Shown here piece by piece: positions 1 to 10,503 of a stretch of DNA of 64,000 nucleotides (positions within the stretch are counted from its first letter, which is position 1; every line of letters begins with the position of its first letter). A program made the position numbers and the translations under genes. Below the pieces are notes generated by a model. The model was not told the origin of the DNA. It saw nothing but the letters and a program-made list of their open reading frames with translations, and did not search any database. This DNA is from Trypanosoma brucei (taxonomy: Eukaryota), in assembly GCA_000002445.1 (NCBI GenBank), contig CM000208.1, positions 2,336,001 through 2,400,000 of the forward strand, given 5' to 3'.

Positions 1-509
1 TTTAATGTTTCTTTAACCACAATCATATACACTTTGGTGTGGTTTTTATTTTCCTCTGTGACCTTGTGGGGCACCTTACCTCATTTTGTTACTCATTTTT
101 TTCCTTTTCACCGTGCGATCATTTGTATTTACTGTCTGTTGACTTCGATTTTTTTTTCCTTTTTTTTCCTTTTCGTTGGTGGGGACGCACACCAATATCA
201 TGGGATATTCCATTCATATGTTTTGGTTCCTGTATTAAATGTTTCACTCCTCATGTTTTTTCCTCCCCCCTTCTCGTCATACTTTGCTACGTGATTCCGC
301 TCTATATATTTCTTGCACTCAATGGGAAGTACTCATTTTCTGTCTCGTATTTTCTTTTTTATTCTTTAAACACCTGTGGCTCTTTGGAAGGTAGTGTTTT
401 TTTATAGGTGGGTAGGAAGTCCCAGTTGGACTTGTTAACGGTGGGGATTCCGTTTTTTTTTTCTTTTCTTCCCTTTTCTTTTCCCCTTTCATTAGTTAGG
501 GGGAGAGCG

Positions 510-528
510 ATATATATATATATATATA
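510..528. repeat. (TA)n microsatellite
   Basis: tatatatatatatatata seen directly. Confidence 0.9.
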
Positions 529-785
529 AATAAATACATATATTTAACCAGAAACTACATATCACGCTTCTCCTTTGTTTTGATTTTAGACGTAGCCGTC
601 AGTTTCTGAGGACGGGCCAAAAGAAAGGGGAAAAAAGGAAAGAGGGAAACAATCTCTCCTTCCGTACTCGCGCATTCATTTTTTTTCTTTTTTGGACAAT
701 TGTTTGGTAGAGGCACTCGCTGTTATTACCATTATTATTGTCATTGCCGTTTCAATACCGCCATTCGGCTTGTGTGACTGTGTGA

Positions 786-1811
786 ATGAGTGGAAACTCA
801 CAAACTGCTAGAGCCCTTACGCGGGCTGCATCGGCTGATGGGTTTAATCCATCCAATACGGGCGCGTTTTCCCCCGATGTTGAGGATTTTGAAGCACTTG
901 AAACTCAAGCCCGCGCAGCACTGGAGGATTTGGCAGCGAATGGAAGTCGCAATGAGGCCTTAACGGTGGAGTACATGTGCATTTTAAGAACGTATCGACA
1001 GGCCTGTGAAAGGCGTGCGCAATATGTTGAAGCAGACCTCGTGCAGCGGGTGTTGCGGTACATGCGGTTAGATGAGGAGACGCGCCACGTGTGTGGTTTG
1101 ACGGAGCTTCAAAGGCAGGAGCGGGATGCCATTGAAACTTTACACCGTGAAGAGGTTCAGGAGTTTCACCATGCGTGGAACATGCGAATAGATGAATTGG
1201 AGGAAGAGCAACTGCGGTTGGAAACAGCGCTTATTGAGCGCCAAAATGCAGAGCTGCAGTCCTTCTATGAGGAGGTCAACAGTTTAAACCCGCACGCAGC
1301 AAAGTGTAGCAGGGGGTTGTTGTACGCGCGCGCAGTAGAGCACATTCTCGCGTCCCAGCGGGAATACGTACGCGCCCACAAGAAAAAAAAAGAAGCCGAT
1401 ACTATCGAGGCAAGAGATGCCGAGAGGTTTGTCCAGGCGAAGGTGGAACTGCTTGAGCGACGTGAGGCGATGATGCGGCAGAAGCATGAACAAGAACGAC
1501 ACGTGCTTGAGGTAAAAGCTAAAAGGCGCAGAGCGGAGATGGAGGCGGCCCGAAAGAGGGAACTTTACATCTTGCTGAGGCGGTATTTGAATGCACAGCG
1601 TGAGTTGGAACTTCACCAGAACATTGTTCGGAGTAAAACGGGAACTATTCTTCTGAAACACGCCAGCAACACCAAGGGAAATACGAGCGGAACTGCTGTG
1701 CTGGTGGAGAGCGCAGAGTCCGGCGCATTTGGGATAAGGGCAAGGAAGCAACATTTAGACAATTTAGTCGATTCGTGCACATTACCAAAAATTGGGACAA
1801 AGCCGAAGTAA
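786..1811 (+). CDS. hypothetical protein, predicted coiled-coil (341 aa)
   Basis: ATG-initiated ORF on the coding strand of the transcription unit. It is Glu/Arg/Leu-rich with a heptad-like composition, preceded by a polypyrimidine tract (676-693). No recognisable catalytic motif. Confidence 0.45.
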   Translation: MSGNSQTARALTRAASADGFNPSNTGAFSPDVEDFEALETQARAALEDLAANGSRNEALTVEYMCILRTYRQACERRAQYVEADLVQRVLRYMRLDEETRHVCGLTELQRQERDAIETLHREEVQEFHHAWNMRIDELEEEQLRLETALIERQNAELQSFYEEVNSLNPHAAKCSRGLLYARAVEHILASQREYVRAHKKKKEADTIEARDAERFVQAKVELLERREAMMRQKHEQERHVLEVKAKRRRAEMEAARKRELYILLRRYLNAQRELELHQNIVRSKTGTILLKHASNTKGNTSGTAVLVESAESGAFGIRARKQHLDNLVDSCTLPKIGTKPK

Positions 1812-3128
1812 ATGTAAATTCAGGCTCTGAGATGGTTTCTGGCGTACAATCCGGGACGGGGATGGAGTAATGATGGAAGGAAGAAATATAAGGAAGTGTG
1901 AAGAGAGGAAAAAGAAATTTGAAGTGATGGTGCGAACTTCCGCTAGGTGTTCAGGGCCGTTGACAAGGCTGTATATACTTCTGTTTAAAAGAGGAAACAA
2001 AAAGCCCGAAACATTTTATACTAGAGGGCCATCAAACTAAGCAGGTTGGGAAATCTGTGCTGCTCGGGCGTGTGTAACAGTGCTCAAGAATATCCCACCG
2101 TATCATGTAAATTAAGCACAAAAGCCTTCTTCTTTTGTTCGTGTCAATTTGTTCATTTTTGCTCGTCGGAGGCCTAGTCGATAATACGTACTTGCAAACA
2201 ATCGTGTGTACCTTCTCCCTTCCACATCACCAACACCACGTCCCAGCACTTTAAGAGCCTTTAAAAAAATAAAACAAAAATAGGTGAAATAAGGGTTGGA
2301 CCGCTGGTGGGGGAACATGCGAGTAGAAGGTCTGATTCGGTAACGTATGTGTGTATGTGTTTATGTTTTTTCTTTTCTTCTTTTTTTTTCTTGGTGGAGG
2401 AGGTGCGGTGTTGAGAGTGTTTTTCTTTGGGCAGTTGTTTAGGTATCAGACACAGGGACAGATAGAGCCCACCAAGGCGTCGCATTCTATTTCTTTCCTT
2501 GTGTATTTTCTTCTATGTCGTTACTATCTTGATGTATTTTTCTTTCACGGCAGGACTCCGCGAGAGGTTGATACCGTGTTGTTTTGGCCCATGCAAGAGC
2601 AAGTGGCCATGGATGGACCAATGGTTGGTTCCTGAAGTCTGTATCATATCCAGTACACTTGTTTTTTCTTTTGGTGCCTCTCCCGCCCTTTTGTTCCTTT
2701 GTTTCACTGTTATTGTTCCTCATGCGGGAAAATCAAGTAACTTTGTGGTGTCTGCTCGATGTTGTAACTGATGATTTGCTGCCGCCTCTTCTTTTTTTTC
2801 TTTGTTTGTCCCACGGTTACTTAGTACCCTCCCCGTATCTTCTTCCCGTTTTCACAATTTTTGTCACTCTACTGTTTGTGGGCGTGTTTGTGTTTGGGTT
2901 ATTCACACGTAGGGGAAAGGGCTCCCGAAGGAAGGGTGCATCCAAACGGTGAATTAAAAGCAGAAGGGAAAGATTTATACTCCTTACTTTTTTGTCGATT
3001 TCCGAGGGCTAACAGCGAATACATTTTTGACACATACCCTTTTTTTCTAGAGGACGGGTATTATATCTTGTGAAGGGTGCGAACACCGCCTCCGCACTCC
3101 GTTTCCTCTCTGCCATTACCTCAATATA

Positions 3129-6100
3129 ATGTTGAGCACCCTTTTCTTCGATGGTGCTGACGCTACCAGTGCACTTCACGTACGCACAACTCTTGAAGAT
3201 CGCTTGGGTGATGCACCTGCACGTACCGCAGCTGACAATGTTGTTTCATATCAGGCGATGGATTTCCCCAGTAGCGGGTCGATTCCGGTTCCATCACTGC
3301 GCGCCACACTTTTGTGGTGGTTGGATCGTGATGAGCCGCTGGTTCACATATTGCTAACGGGAAGCACAGTCGGAGATATGAGTTATTCTTCCCGTAAACT
3401 GTCAGTGGAGCTGGTATCACCGCGGCACACTATTATTGCCTGTGGTGTTACACACGTGCGAGATCAGGCGGTGTTTGCCGTGTCGTGGGTAACTTCTCTT
3501 CTCGAAGCAGGGGCTTTGCAAATTCAGCTGCAAAGGAGTAGTGATCATCACAGCCAATTGCTTATTGTTCCGGATGAACAAGCAGTACTAACATCGCGCT
3601 TCTCGGGTGTGGCGGCGGCGTTTGAGTATGATGCGTCAGTGGTTCAGGCGAAGTCAAATGGCAATGGAGGTAACGTCGATGACGAAGAGGGAAACGGGTC
3701 AGAACCCACATTGTGTGCCTCGGTTATTGCGAGCCTGCCGCAGGCCGCCGCCGCCGATGGGCTGCTTTCTGTCATTCTGTTAAGTAACGGCTGCAGGTTG
3801 TGGCGTGTGGAAATAGCCAGTGATGGTACCTTTGTTGAGCATGAGTTCAAAGATGCAAGTGGAACTAGTGATAGCGATGGGGAGTTTTTAGGCGGCAGTT
3901 TACTTCCGTCATGGCTCCTCACGTGGTCGCAAGATCATAGGGAAAAGAGCCACCGGCGGTACATCGCCGTGAGTTCCGTGCAGCTGACCCACTACTTTGC
4001 CATTCTTCGCTCTAATGGCTCAATAGGATTGTACGATGACTCCCTGTCCACCATTTCATCAGCGTCAGAGTGTGCCCTAACAAAGGATGAGATGGTTTTT
4101 AGTCACGCACTTCAGTGGTCCGCGCTTATCGGTAATGACGTGCATGTTGTCACCAGTTTTGGTAGGAAGGAAATTCGGCAGTGCTTGTGGGCTCGGATAC
4201 CCATCGCATCAACAAGCGGTGATGATCCCAAAACAGTCAAAATGACGATCCTCCCACCTTCGTCCACGAGCACCCTTTTGGGGTGTGTTGCCATAAACCC
4301 AACACGTCTTTCCCTTTTGTGGGGTATTGGGGCAGAGGAGGATGCATGTATTCGTTGTTCGCTTTCTGTTGGTTCACTCATGCATGCCAATGAGCAGGGC
4401 TTGTCAGGCATATTGCAAATCATTGATGCAGAGGAGGAGTTGGATGCAGATGGCGGTTCCATCAGTGGTTCTTGTGCTTATTCTTCACTCAGGGAGGCCC
4501 AGACTTTCTTCTGTCATTCTAAACCGCTGCATGCGCTTACGGCTGTGGGAGAAGAAATGGTACTGGTAGAAAAGGTTGATGAGAGCGTACGAGCTCATGT
4601 ACTCACCAGTGATATGAGTCCGCTCGAGGAGATGCTGGAATCTGCCTTTGCCGTTACGAGGCCGGTTGCGGCGACGACGCACTGCACACTACCACTTGCA
4701 TCCCTTCATCTGATTCCTACGGTGGTTAGAGAAAGCGGATGTGCGACGGCGGGAAAGCTTGAAGCATTTTATGAGGGCATAGAACTGGCTGCCTCATGTG
4801 CAGAGGCCGCGGATCACCTTTCGGCCCTTTTGATCAATGCAGTGCATTGTGTTCCAGTCGCATCCACCCTGGGTGGCTTTCAATTACTGCGCAGTGCCGC
4901 ACATTTACAGGGGTATACGCCCTCCGGATTTGTAAACGAGGACGCTATCAAGGCCGCCATCGAACACGCAACTATGTTTTTTGACGTTTCCACAAGGAAG
5001 GCATCGTTCTGTAGCTACTCGAGACACTTTATTCAACATACCATCGCACGGGATCTCTTGTTGCGCGTTGCTTACCTTACATGCTCTTTTATTGGTTGGA
5101 TGGGGTCGGACCCTGATTACCGAACGAGTCCTGAGATTGCCCGCGTCCGCGCTACTCTTGAACTTTTGTCCGCTGCGTACCATTCCGTAAGCGTCACAGG
5201 CCCTTCAACAGCAACCATCGTACCTGAAGTGCGTAAAACGGTCGTTGACGATGCCATTAGGTTGTTTTTACAATTTACGGTGGGCGAGGAAGCGGAGGGA
5301 AACGATGTGCTTTTTGCCGTCCGGGTGGCAAACAGGCTAAGGGCCTGCAATGAAGCTCGCGGTCCAAAAGCTTGTGCAACTTGGTGCAATCTACTTAGTC
5401 GTCGTTATCCGTGCTTGCAACACTTCCGAATTATTCGCTGCATCGAGGTAGGCCGGACGTCATGTCCCTCACAACTAGCTGCTATGTGCCTGGCGACCAC
5501 CTTTCACTTGGTGAACTGTCCTGTGCCAGTTGCCAAAGCGTTGTTGCTCGACTGTGGGTTGGCCATATACAACGACAGCACATTTCAAACTGCCTTCAAC
5601 GGTATAGACGTCAGAGAGTGGTGGGCGCTGCTAGACGATAGCGGTGACTCCAACGATGGAAAAATAAGTGCCGTCATCGCCTCTGTGTACCGTGTGGCGC
5701 TCCTTCGCTGCATTGTGCACCCCGGTACTTCACACCATGCGAGCGCTAGTGCATCGCTAGTTCGTGAGCTGTTTCTTGCGGAACTGATTCAACTCGGACA
5801 GCACCTTCAAGAGTCACGTCTTGACTGTCCTGGGATCCTTCGGGCACTCACAGAACTCCGCGTAGATACGCACATGTTTCTCGCGAGAGCGGCTCTCGAC
5901 GATCCCAACTTTGGGGATGCGTTCCGGTCGATTGCAGATGTGCAGCAGATCGCGGTGGGTCCTGATATAAAGACTGTGTGCATGGAGAAGATTGGGCTTT
6001 TGATTGGTGAGGTAGTCGAGATTGCGTCTTCATCCGATGAACTTACCGACTGCCTTGTCGACGTCACGCACTGTAGTGCTGAACTAGACACTCTTCTCAC

Positions 6101-7349
6101 GTCCAAGTGGTACTCGTTTATTGCACGACTAGCTGTCAGAAGCGGTTCAACAGAGGCAGAACAACTGCGATGGCGCGCAGCAATTGGCCTGTACCGTTAC
6201 CTTTGCAAGCGTCACGCATACGGGCAAGCCGGCCGGATGATGACAGACCTTACCACAGCCATACGTTGCTCATCGCTTCGTGCGAACGTTGTTGAAACAG
6301 TGGTGGAACTCACTTCACTGGCTGTGACCGCGGTGGAACTCATCTCTCCAATAGCTCCACTTCAGGTACAAGACAGCGAACCCTTGGATGGTGCTCAGGA
6401 ATCTTCCACATTTAGTGCGTGCAGTGGTACAGGGTGCTTTTTTACACCAGAGTACGCAGCTGTGAGGGAGCCGTTGGGTCGTGAGCACCTTCCATGGGTG
6501 CGGCGTCGCCATTATCAGGCATATTGTGAACAGCAACTCCTGAAGGCGAATCGACGTGTGGACTGCACGGATTTGTGGGTAGAAAATCCGCCACCAGCGG
6601 CGTACGCCGCTGCATTGAGACGCTTCGTGGAGGCACTCATGGAGGCGCGGCTATGGACTGAGGCTTTGCGGTTTGCAGCTATGGCAGGGGCTGATGTTGG
6701 TTTGGTGCTTCAAAATCACGCGCTGGACCTTATGAAACATACAAATTACACCTGCGACGAGGAGGCTCTTGAGGAGTGGGTTATGTTAGTGGCAAGTTGT
6801 GAAGAATTTTCCACACTTTCTAACAAGTATTCACCATTGCGTTCAACTGTTGTCACAGCACTTCTATGTGACTGCGAAAAGGTGTGCCCTGCGCTCCTAG
6901 ATTCTCTCCTAAAGGCCGACCGCTATGAAGCGCTACAAGCGCTTCTTGAGGTATTTGAAACGCTGCTTCGCAGAAATTCCTTCTCCGAAGGAGACGATAT
7001 GACCGACGGAGAGGACCGTAACCACGACTCCTTGACATCTGCCGCATGCAATGAGGAGGAAGGTGATGATAAAAGTGACGGTGCGTACAAACCATGGATG
7101 TTGCTGCTGAAGGCCCTTCAAATCGGTACCGCCGTTCTCATGGACTCGCTCTCGAATGAAGAAAAGTTTGAGCTAAACGAAGCACCGATGACGGCTGGTG
7201 TCTTTGATCCTATGGTGCGGAGGGCGAGTGAACTACTGAACTCACCGTTGTTGCTTCAACACCCTTCTCTTGTGAAAGCGGAGGGTACAGCAACGAACTT
7301 TTTGAAATTTGTTGGGTTGGTGAAGCAGAAGAAGTTAGCAGGGCTATAG
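3129..7349 (+). CDS. large conserved hypothetical protein (1406 aa); N-terminal beta-rich region then long alpha-helical region (beta-propeller/alpha-solenoid-like)
   Basis: Uninterrupted 4.2-kb ATG ORF in the sense orientation of the unit, with a long polypyrimidine tract upstream (2775-2850). No motif I can name; the architecture is inferred from composition only. Confidence 0.55.
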   Translation: MLSTLFFDGADATSALHVRTTLEDRLGDAPARTAADNVVSYQAMDFPSSGSIPVPSLRATLLWWLDRDEPLVHILLTGSTVGDMSYSSRKLSVELVSPRHTIIACGVTHVRDQAVFAVSWVTSLLEAGALQIQLQRSSDHHSQLLIVPDEQAVLTSRFSGVAAAFEYDASVVQAKSNGNGGNVDDEEGNGSEPTLCASVIASLPQAAAADGLLSVILLSNGCRLWRVEIASDGTFVEHEFKDASGTSDSDGEFLGGSLLPSWLLTWSQDHREKSHRRYIAVSSVQLTHYFAILRSNGSIGLYDDSLSTISSASECALTKDEMVFSHALQWSALIGNDVHVVTSFGRKEIRQCLWARIPIASTSGDDPKTVKMTILPPSSTSTLLGCVAINPTRLSLLWGIGAEEDACIRCSLSVGSLMHANEQGLSGILQIIDAEEELDADGGSISGSCAYSSLREAQTFFCHSKPLHALTAVGEEMVLVEKVDESVRAHVLTSDMSPLEEMLESAFAVTRPVAATTHCTLPLASLHLIPTVVRESGCATAGKLEAFYEGIELAASCAEAADHLSALLINAVHCVPVASTLGGFQLLRSAAHLQGYTPSGFVNEDAIKAAIEHATMFFDVSTRKASFCSYSRHFIQHTIARDLLLRVAYLTCSFIGWMGSDPDYRTSPEIARVRATLELLSAAYHSVSVTGPSTATIVPEVRKTVVDDAIRLFLQFTVGEEAEGNDVLFAVRVANRLRACNEARGPKACATWCNLLSRRYPCLQHFRIIRCIEVGRTSCPSQLAAMCLATTFHLVNCPVPVAKALLLDCGLAIYNDSTFQTAFNGIDVREWWALLDDSGDSNDGKISAVIASVYRVALLRCIVHPGTSHHASASASLVRELFLAELIQLGQHLQESRLDCPGILRALTELRVDTHMFLARAALDDPNFGDAFRSIADVQQIAVGPDIKTVCMEKIGLLIGEVVEIASSSDELTDCLVDVTHCSAELDTLLTSKWYSFIARLAVRSGSTEAEQLRWRAAIGLYRYLCKRHAYGQAGRMMTDLTTAIRCSSLRANVVETVVELTSLAVTAVELISPIAPLQVQDSEPLDGAQESSTFSACSGTGCFFTPEYAAVREPLGREHLPWVRRRHYQAYCEQQLLKANRRVDCTDLWVENPPPAAYAAALRRFVEALMEARLWTEALRFAAMAGADVGLVLQNHALDLMKHTNYTCDEEALEEWVMLVASCEEFSTLSNKYSPLRSTVVTALLCDCEKVCPALLDSLLKADRYEALQALLEVFETLLRRNSFSEGDDMTDGEDRNHDSLTSAACNEEEGDDKSDGAYKPWMLLLKALQIGTAVLMDSLSNEEKFELNEAPMTAGVFDPMVRRASELLNSPLLLQHPSLVKAEGTATNFLKFVGLVKQKKLAGL

Positions 7350-7770
7350 TTGCTCCCGAATAAGGAAAGGCCAGGTAGTGTGCGTCAAAATAGAGGAGTA
7401 ATTCTAAGGTAGGAGAAGAAGTGAAGCAAAAGTTGAAAACTTATATATATTATATTTTTCCTGGGGTGGCAACAAGAGTTGAGTCCAAGACATTTTTTGT
7501 CACCACAACTCTATCTGCGAACCATTTTGTTGGTTGGTTGTGGCGGCGGATCGTGAAGTTGCCAATGGGGGCGACAAAATTATCAAAAAAAGGCAATGAA
7601 AGGGGGATGTCACTCAAGCCCACCAAGGGGAGGGGAGGTGGTGAACGAATGGTTGGTAATCTCTTAAAAGGGAAACACTTTTTTTTGCCGCCGCGGCGTG
7701 CGGTTGAACTCTTGTGTGCGTGTGTGAAGGGGAGCCATGCCATTTTTCGCTACGTACACGCAGCTCTGTA

Positions 7771-7796
7771 CTTAATTCTCACTTTTACCCTCGTAG
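7771..7796 (+). promoter_or_regulatory. polypyrimidine tract plus AG, candidate trans-splice acceptor for the CDS at 7819
   Basis: cttaattctcacttttaccctcgtag lies immediately upstream of the ATG. Kinetoplastid SL-addition sites follow such tracts. Confidence 0.45.
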
Positions 7797-7818
7797 GTGG
7801 ACACCTTAGGAGCACACC

Positions 7819-10149
7819 ATGAAGCGGAACCGTAACCACAACGACCAAATGGGTCCAGCGGCTGCAGCGTTGCGCCGCCGCTCTGTTTTTCGTGATGCTC
7901 GCGCTTCTTCTACACAGTTGACTGATGCCCAGTTAATCGCAGGGGCGCTAGAGATGCAGCGTAGCATTGGCCCCTCGAACACAAGTACAACTGTTGTTAT
8001 CAACAGCCCAGAGGAACTTGCTCTTTACAGACAAAAAACGCGTGCTGAACTGGAGGAGCGGGTGAAACGCGGCTACACATTCCTTGGAAATTGGGTGAAG
8101 TATGCGAGGTGGGAGGCACAACAGAAAGACTACGAGCGCATGCGCAGCATACTGGAACGCGCCGTCAAGTTTCATGGCGCAAATCCCGTTCTCTGGCGCG
8201 ATTATGCTGAGTTGGAGGAGGAGGGTGGTTTTATAAATCATGCACGAGCGGTGTGGGAGCGTGGTGTCACTGCACTACCATCCGCGACAGACCTCTGGCT
8301 AAAATATATTGTGCTCGAACAGGCAGCAGGGCAGGACGGTAAGGTGCGCGACTTATTTAACCGTTGGGTGTCAGGGCCGACGCCACCTGCGTGCGCATGG
8401 GAGTTATTTGCGCTGTTCGAGGCGCAACAGCGTCGCGCTGAAAACTGTCGGGATATTTTGCGGCGGTATGTGGAGGCTCACGGCACTGTGGAGTGTTGGA
8501 TTTTCTATGGTAGTGCCGAGTTGAATGTGCTGAAGAATGCGGACCGTGCCGCCATGGTTTACGCTTGTGCGATGGAATCGTTGCCTAACGAATATATAAA
8601 TGGTGAGAAAGATTGTCGAATACCGCTTGCGTGGGCTGACGCCCTTGCCGCCGCACTGAAATTTGATGAAGCACGCGAACTATATCATCGTCTTTTGAAG
8701 GAGTGTACATCTGTGAAGGCACTGGACGCCATTTTCACGGCTTACAAGCGCTTTGAACGACTATACGGAAGTGCTGAGAACCATGAGACTATGACCTCAG
8801 TCATCGCCAGAGCAATGTACCAGCATCGCATCGCCCACAACCCTCGTGATTTTGATGCTTACGTTGCGCAGTTTCTACTTTTTCGTGATGCGACCCAAGG
8901 AGATAATGCAAGTGTGTGTGCGGGCCATGCTGTTAATGTGGGCAGTAAGGGAGGAGCGTGGGAGGAGGCACTCCAGTGTTTAACGGCTGCTGCTGGGATC
9001 CGTATTGATGGGGAGAAAGATGCTGTGTTGGCGCAACACCACGCTGTTGTGGTGATGGCATATGCGCGTTTGGTGGAGGAGCGTGGTGATGTGGCCGCTG
9101 CACGCTCAGCATTAGCGAAGTGCATCCGCCATTTCCCCTTTAAGACGGCATGTTGCCCACGACTCTGGATAGAGGCTGCAGCGCTTGAAGAGCGACATGG
9201 TGAGTTTGTTCAAGCACAAAAACTTCTCGCTGCGTCACTTAATATCTCACCCTGCCCCGAAGTATTCGATGCTGCGCTTCGCTTGGAGTCTAATGCTTGC
9301 GCAGCTGGTGAAGTTAGCGCAGAAAGTTGCGTTCAGCGCAGTCGTGCCATCTATGAGAGTGCGATTAAGCAGTTCCCACAAAATTTCGCCTTGTGGGAGG
9401 GCTACGCGAAGTTGGAGGAGAAAGAACGACAATTTCACCGCTCTGACGCCCTGCGTGCTGCATGCATACGTTCCTTCTCCGCAGTTGCGCGGTCGGTGGT
9501 CTCGTTGTCTGAGCGTTATGAAGTACTGGAGAAGGTGGACCAAGCTTGGGCGCGCCGCCTCGCTCTGAAGCGACGTCTCCTTCGCTCTGCCCGCAAGAAA
9601 ACGTGTGGAGGGCTCTCGGAGAGTGCTGAGGTGGAGGAACTTAACTTTTCCCTTCGTCAGCTATACCAAGAGCTGTTGGATTCCGTGTGGGATGAATACA
9701 TATATGAAGCATTACGTTGGAGGGGTAAAAATGCCTCAACAGTTGGGGTTCTCTCCCCGCCCCCATTGCGGCTGCCGGAGGTTCTTACACCGGCGACGGC
9801 CAGATGGGCAGAGGCCGTTAGTGCGGTGACAAATTTTGTTGTCTCGTCGACGACGGCTGATGGTCGACCGGAGGACTCGTCTGTGGAGTGGATGCGCACA
9901 ACATTCCGTAAGCGGCTTGAGAGGTACCGCCCCAAGTTGCTGCAAGAGTTTGGGGGGCTGGACAATAACGCCAGTTTTGAGGCGATACAACAGTCGAAGC
10001 GGTGGGTAGAATTCCTTCTGTCTCCGAACGGAACGGAGTGGCGGCGGTTTGAAGCAGCTCATGGGACATCTGATACGTTGGAAGCGGCGAAGGAATGCAC
10101 GCAACCAACTGCACGTCGCACGCGGTTGTTTGTGAAGAAAAAGGCATGA
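7819..10149 (+). CDS. HAT (half-a-TPR) repeat protein, crooked-neck/Clf1/Syf3-like pre-mRNA splicing factor
   Basis: Repeated W-x-K-Y-A-x-W-E ... E-R-A-R-x-I-x-E-R-A ... N-x-x-L-W-x-x-Y-A-E-x-E ... N-H-A-R-x-x-W-x-R units (for example WVKYARWEAQQKDYERMRSILERAV, LWRDYAELEEE, NHARAVWERGVTALP, LWLKYIVLEQ). This matches the crooked-neck HAT-repeat pattern. Polypyrimidine tract plus AG at 7771-7796. Confidence 0.65.
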   Translation: MKRNRNHNDQMGPAAAALRRRSVFRDARASSTQLTDAQLIAGALEMQRSIGPSNTSTTVVINSPEELALYRQKTRAELEERVKRGYTFLGNWVKYARWEAQQKDYERMRSILERAVKFHGANPVLWRDYAELEEEGGFINHARAVWERGVTALPSATDLWLKYIVLEQAAGQDGKVRDLFNRWVSGPTPPACAWELFALFEAQQRRAENCRDILRRYVEAHGTVECWIFYGSAELNVLKNADRAAMVYACAMESLPNEYINGEKDCRIPLAWADALAAALKFDEARELYHRLLKECTSVKALDAIFTAYKRFERLYGSAENHETMTSVIARAMYQHRIAHNPRDFDAYVAQFLLFRDATQGDNASVCAGHAVNVGSKGGAWEEALQCLTAAAGIRIDGEKDAVLAQHHAVVVMAYARLVEERGDVAAARSALAKCIRHFPFKTACCPRLWIEAAALEERHGEFVQAQKLLAASLNISPCPEVFDAALRLESNACAAGEVSAESCVQRSRAIYESAIKQFPQNFALWEGYAKLEEKERQFHRSDALRAACIRSFSAVARSVVSLSERYEVLEKVDQAWARRLALKRRLLRSARKKTCGGLSESAEVEELNFSLRQLYQELLDSVWDEYIYEALRWRGKNASTVGVLSPPPLRLPEVLTPATARWAEAVSAVTNFVVSSTTADGRPEDSSVEWMRTTFRKRLERYRPKLLQEFGGLDNNASFEAIQQSKRWVEFLLSPNGTEWRRFEAAHGTSDTLEAAKECTQPTARRTRLFVKKKA

Positions 10150-10424
10150 AGAAGCAGGGTTAGTGAATGCACGAGGCTGAGGAGAGGTGTGGTAGTATCA
10201 GAGAGTGTGGAAGCTGTAAATTGCTGTCACTTGCCAAACAGAAAGGCCCGTTTATTGTATATCATTGTAATTCTCTATTGGTCGCTCCTGCCTCTCGTGT
10301 TTCTATTTTACATGCATCTTCTTCTTTGTCTCATGCGATCATAAGAGCTTTTCACCTTGCAGCGACAAGCCGCCTAAACGCTTTTTGATGCTATTCGGGG
10401 ACCCTAAGAAGTATCGTGCCTTCA

Positions 10425-10497
10425 CACCGATTCTTCAACTTCTCGTAGGGCGTGTTTCACTCCAGATCGCCTTAAACTCTTGTTTCCCGGTCCACAG
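10425..10497 (+). promoter_or_regulatory. polypyrimidine tracts plus AG dinucleotides, candidate trans-splice acceptor region for the CDS at 10504
   Basis: ttcttcaacttctcgtag ... ctcttgtttcccggtccacag, ending 7 nt before the ATG. Confidence 0.4.
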
Positions 10498-10503
10498 GTA
10501 AAA

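Noticed and set aside
34-565. Overlapping + and - strand ORFs at the window start (86, 122 and 68 aa)
   Set aside because: They are translations of polypyrimidine and (TA)n tracts (Phe/Leu/Ser-rich or Tyr/Ile-rich low complexity). This is an intergenic processing-signal region upstream of the gene at 786.
1284-1754. 156-aa minus-strand ORF
   Set aside because: Antisense to the coiled-coil gene 786..1811, with no motif. Opposite to the unit direction.
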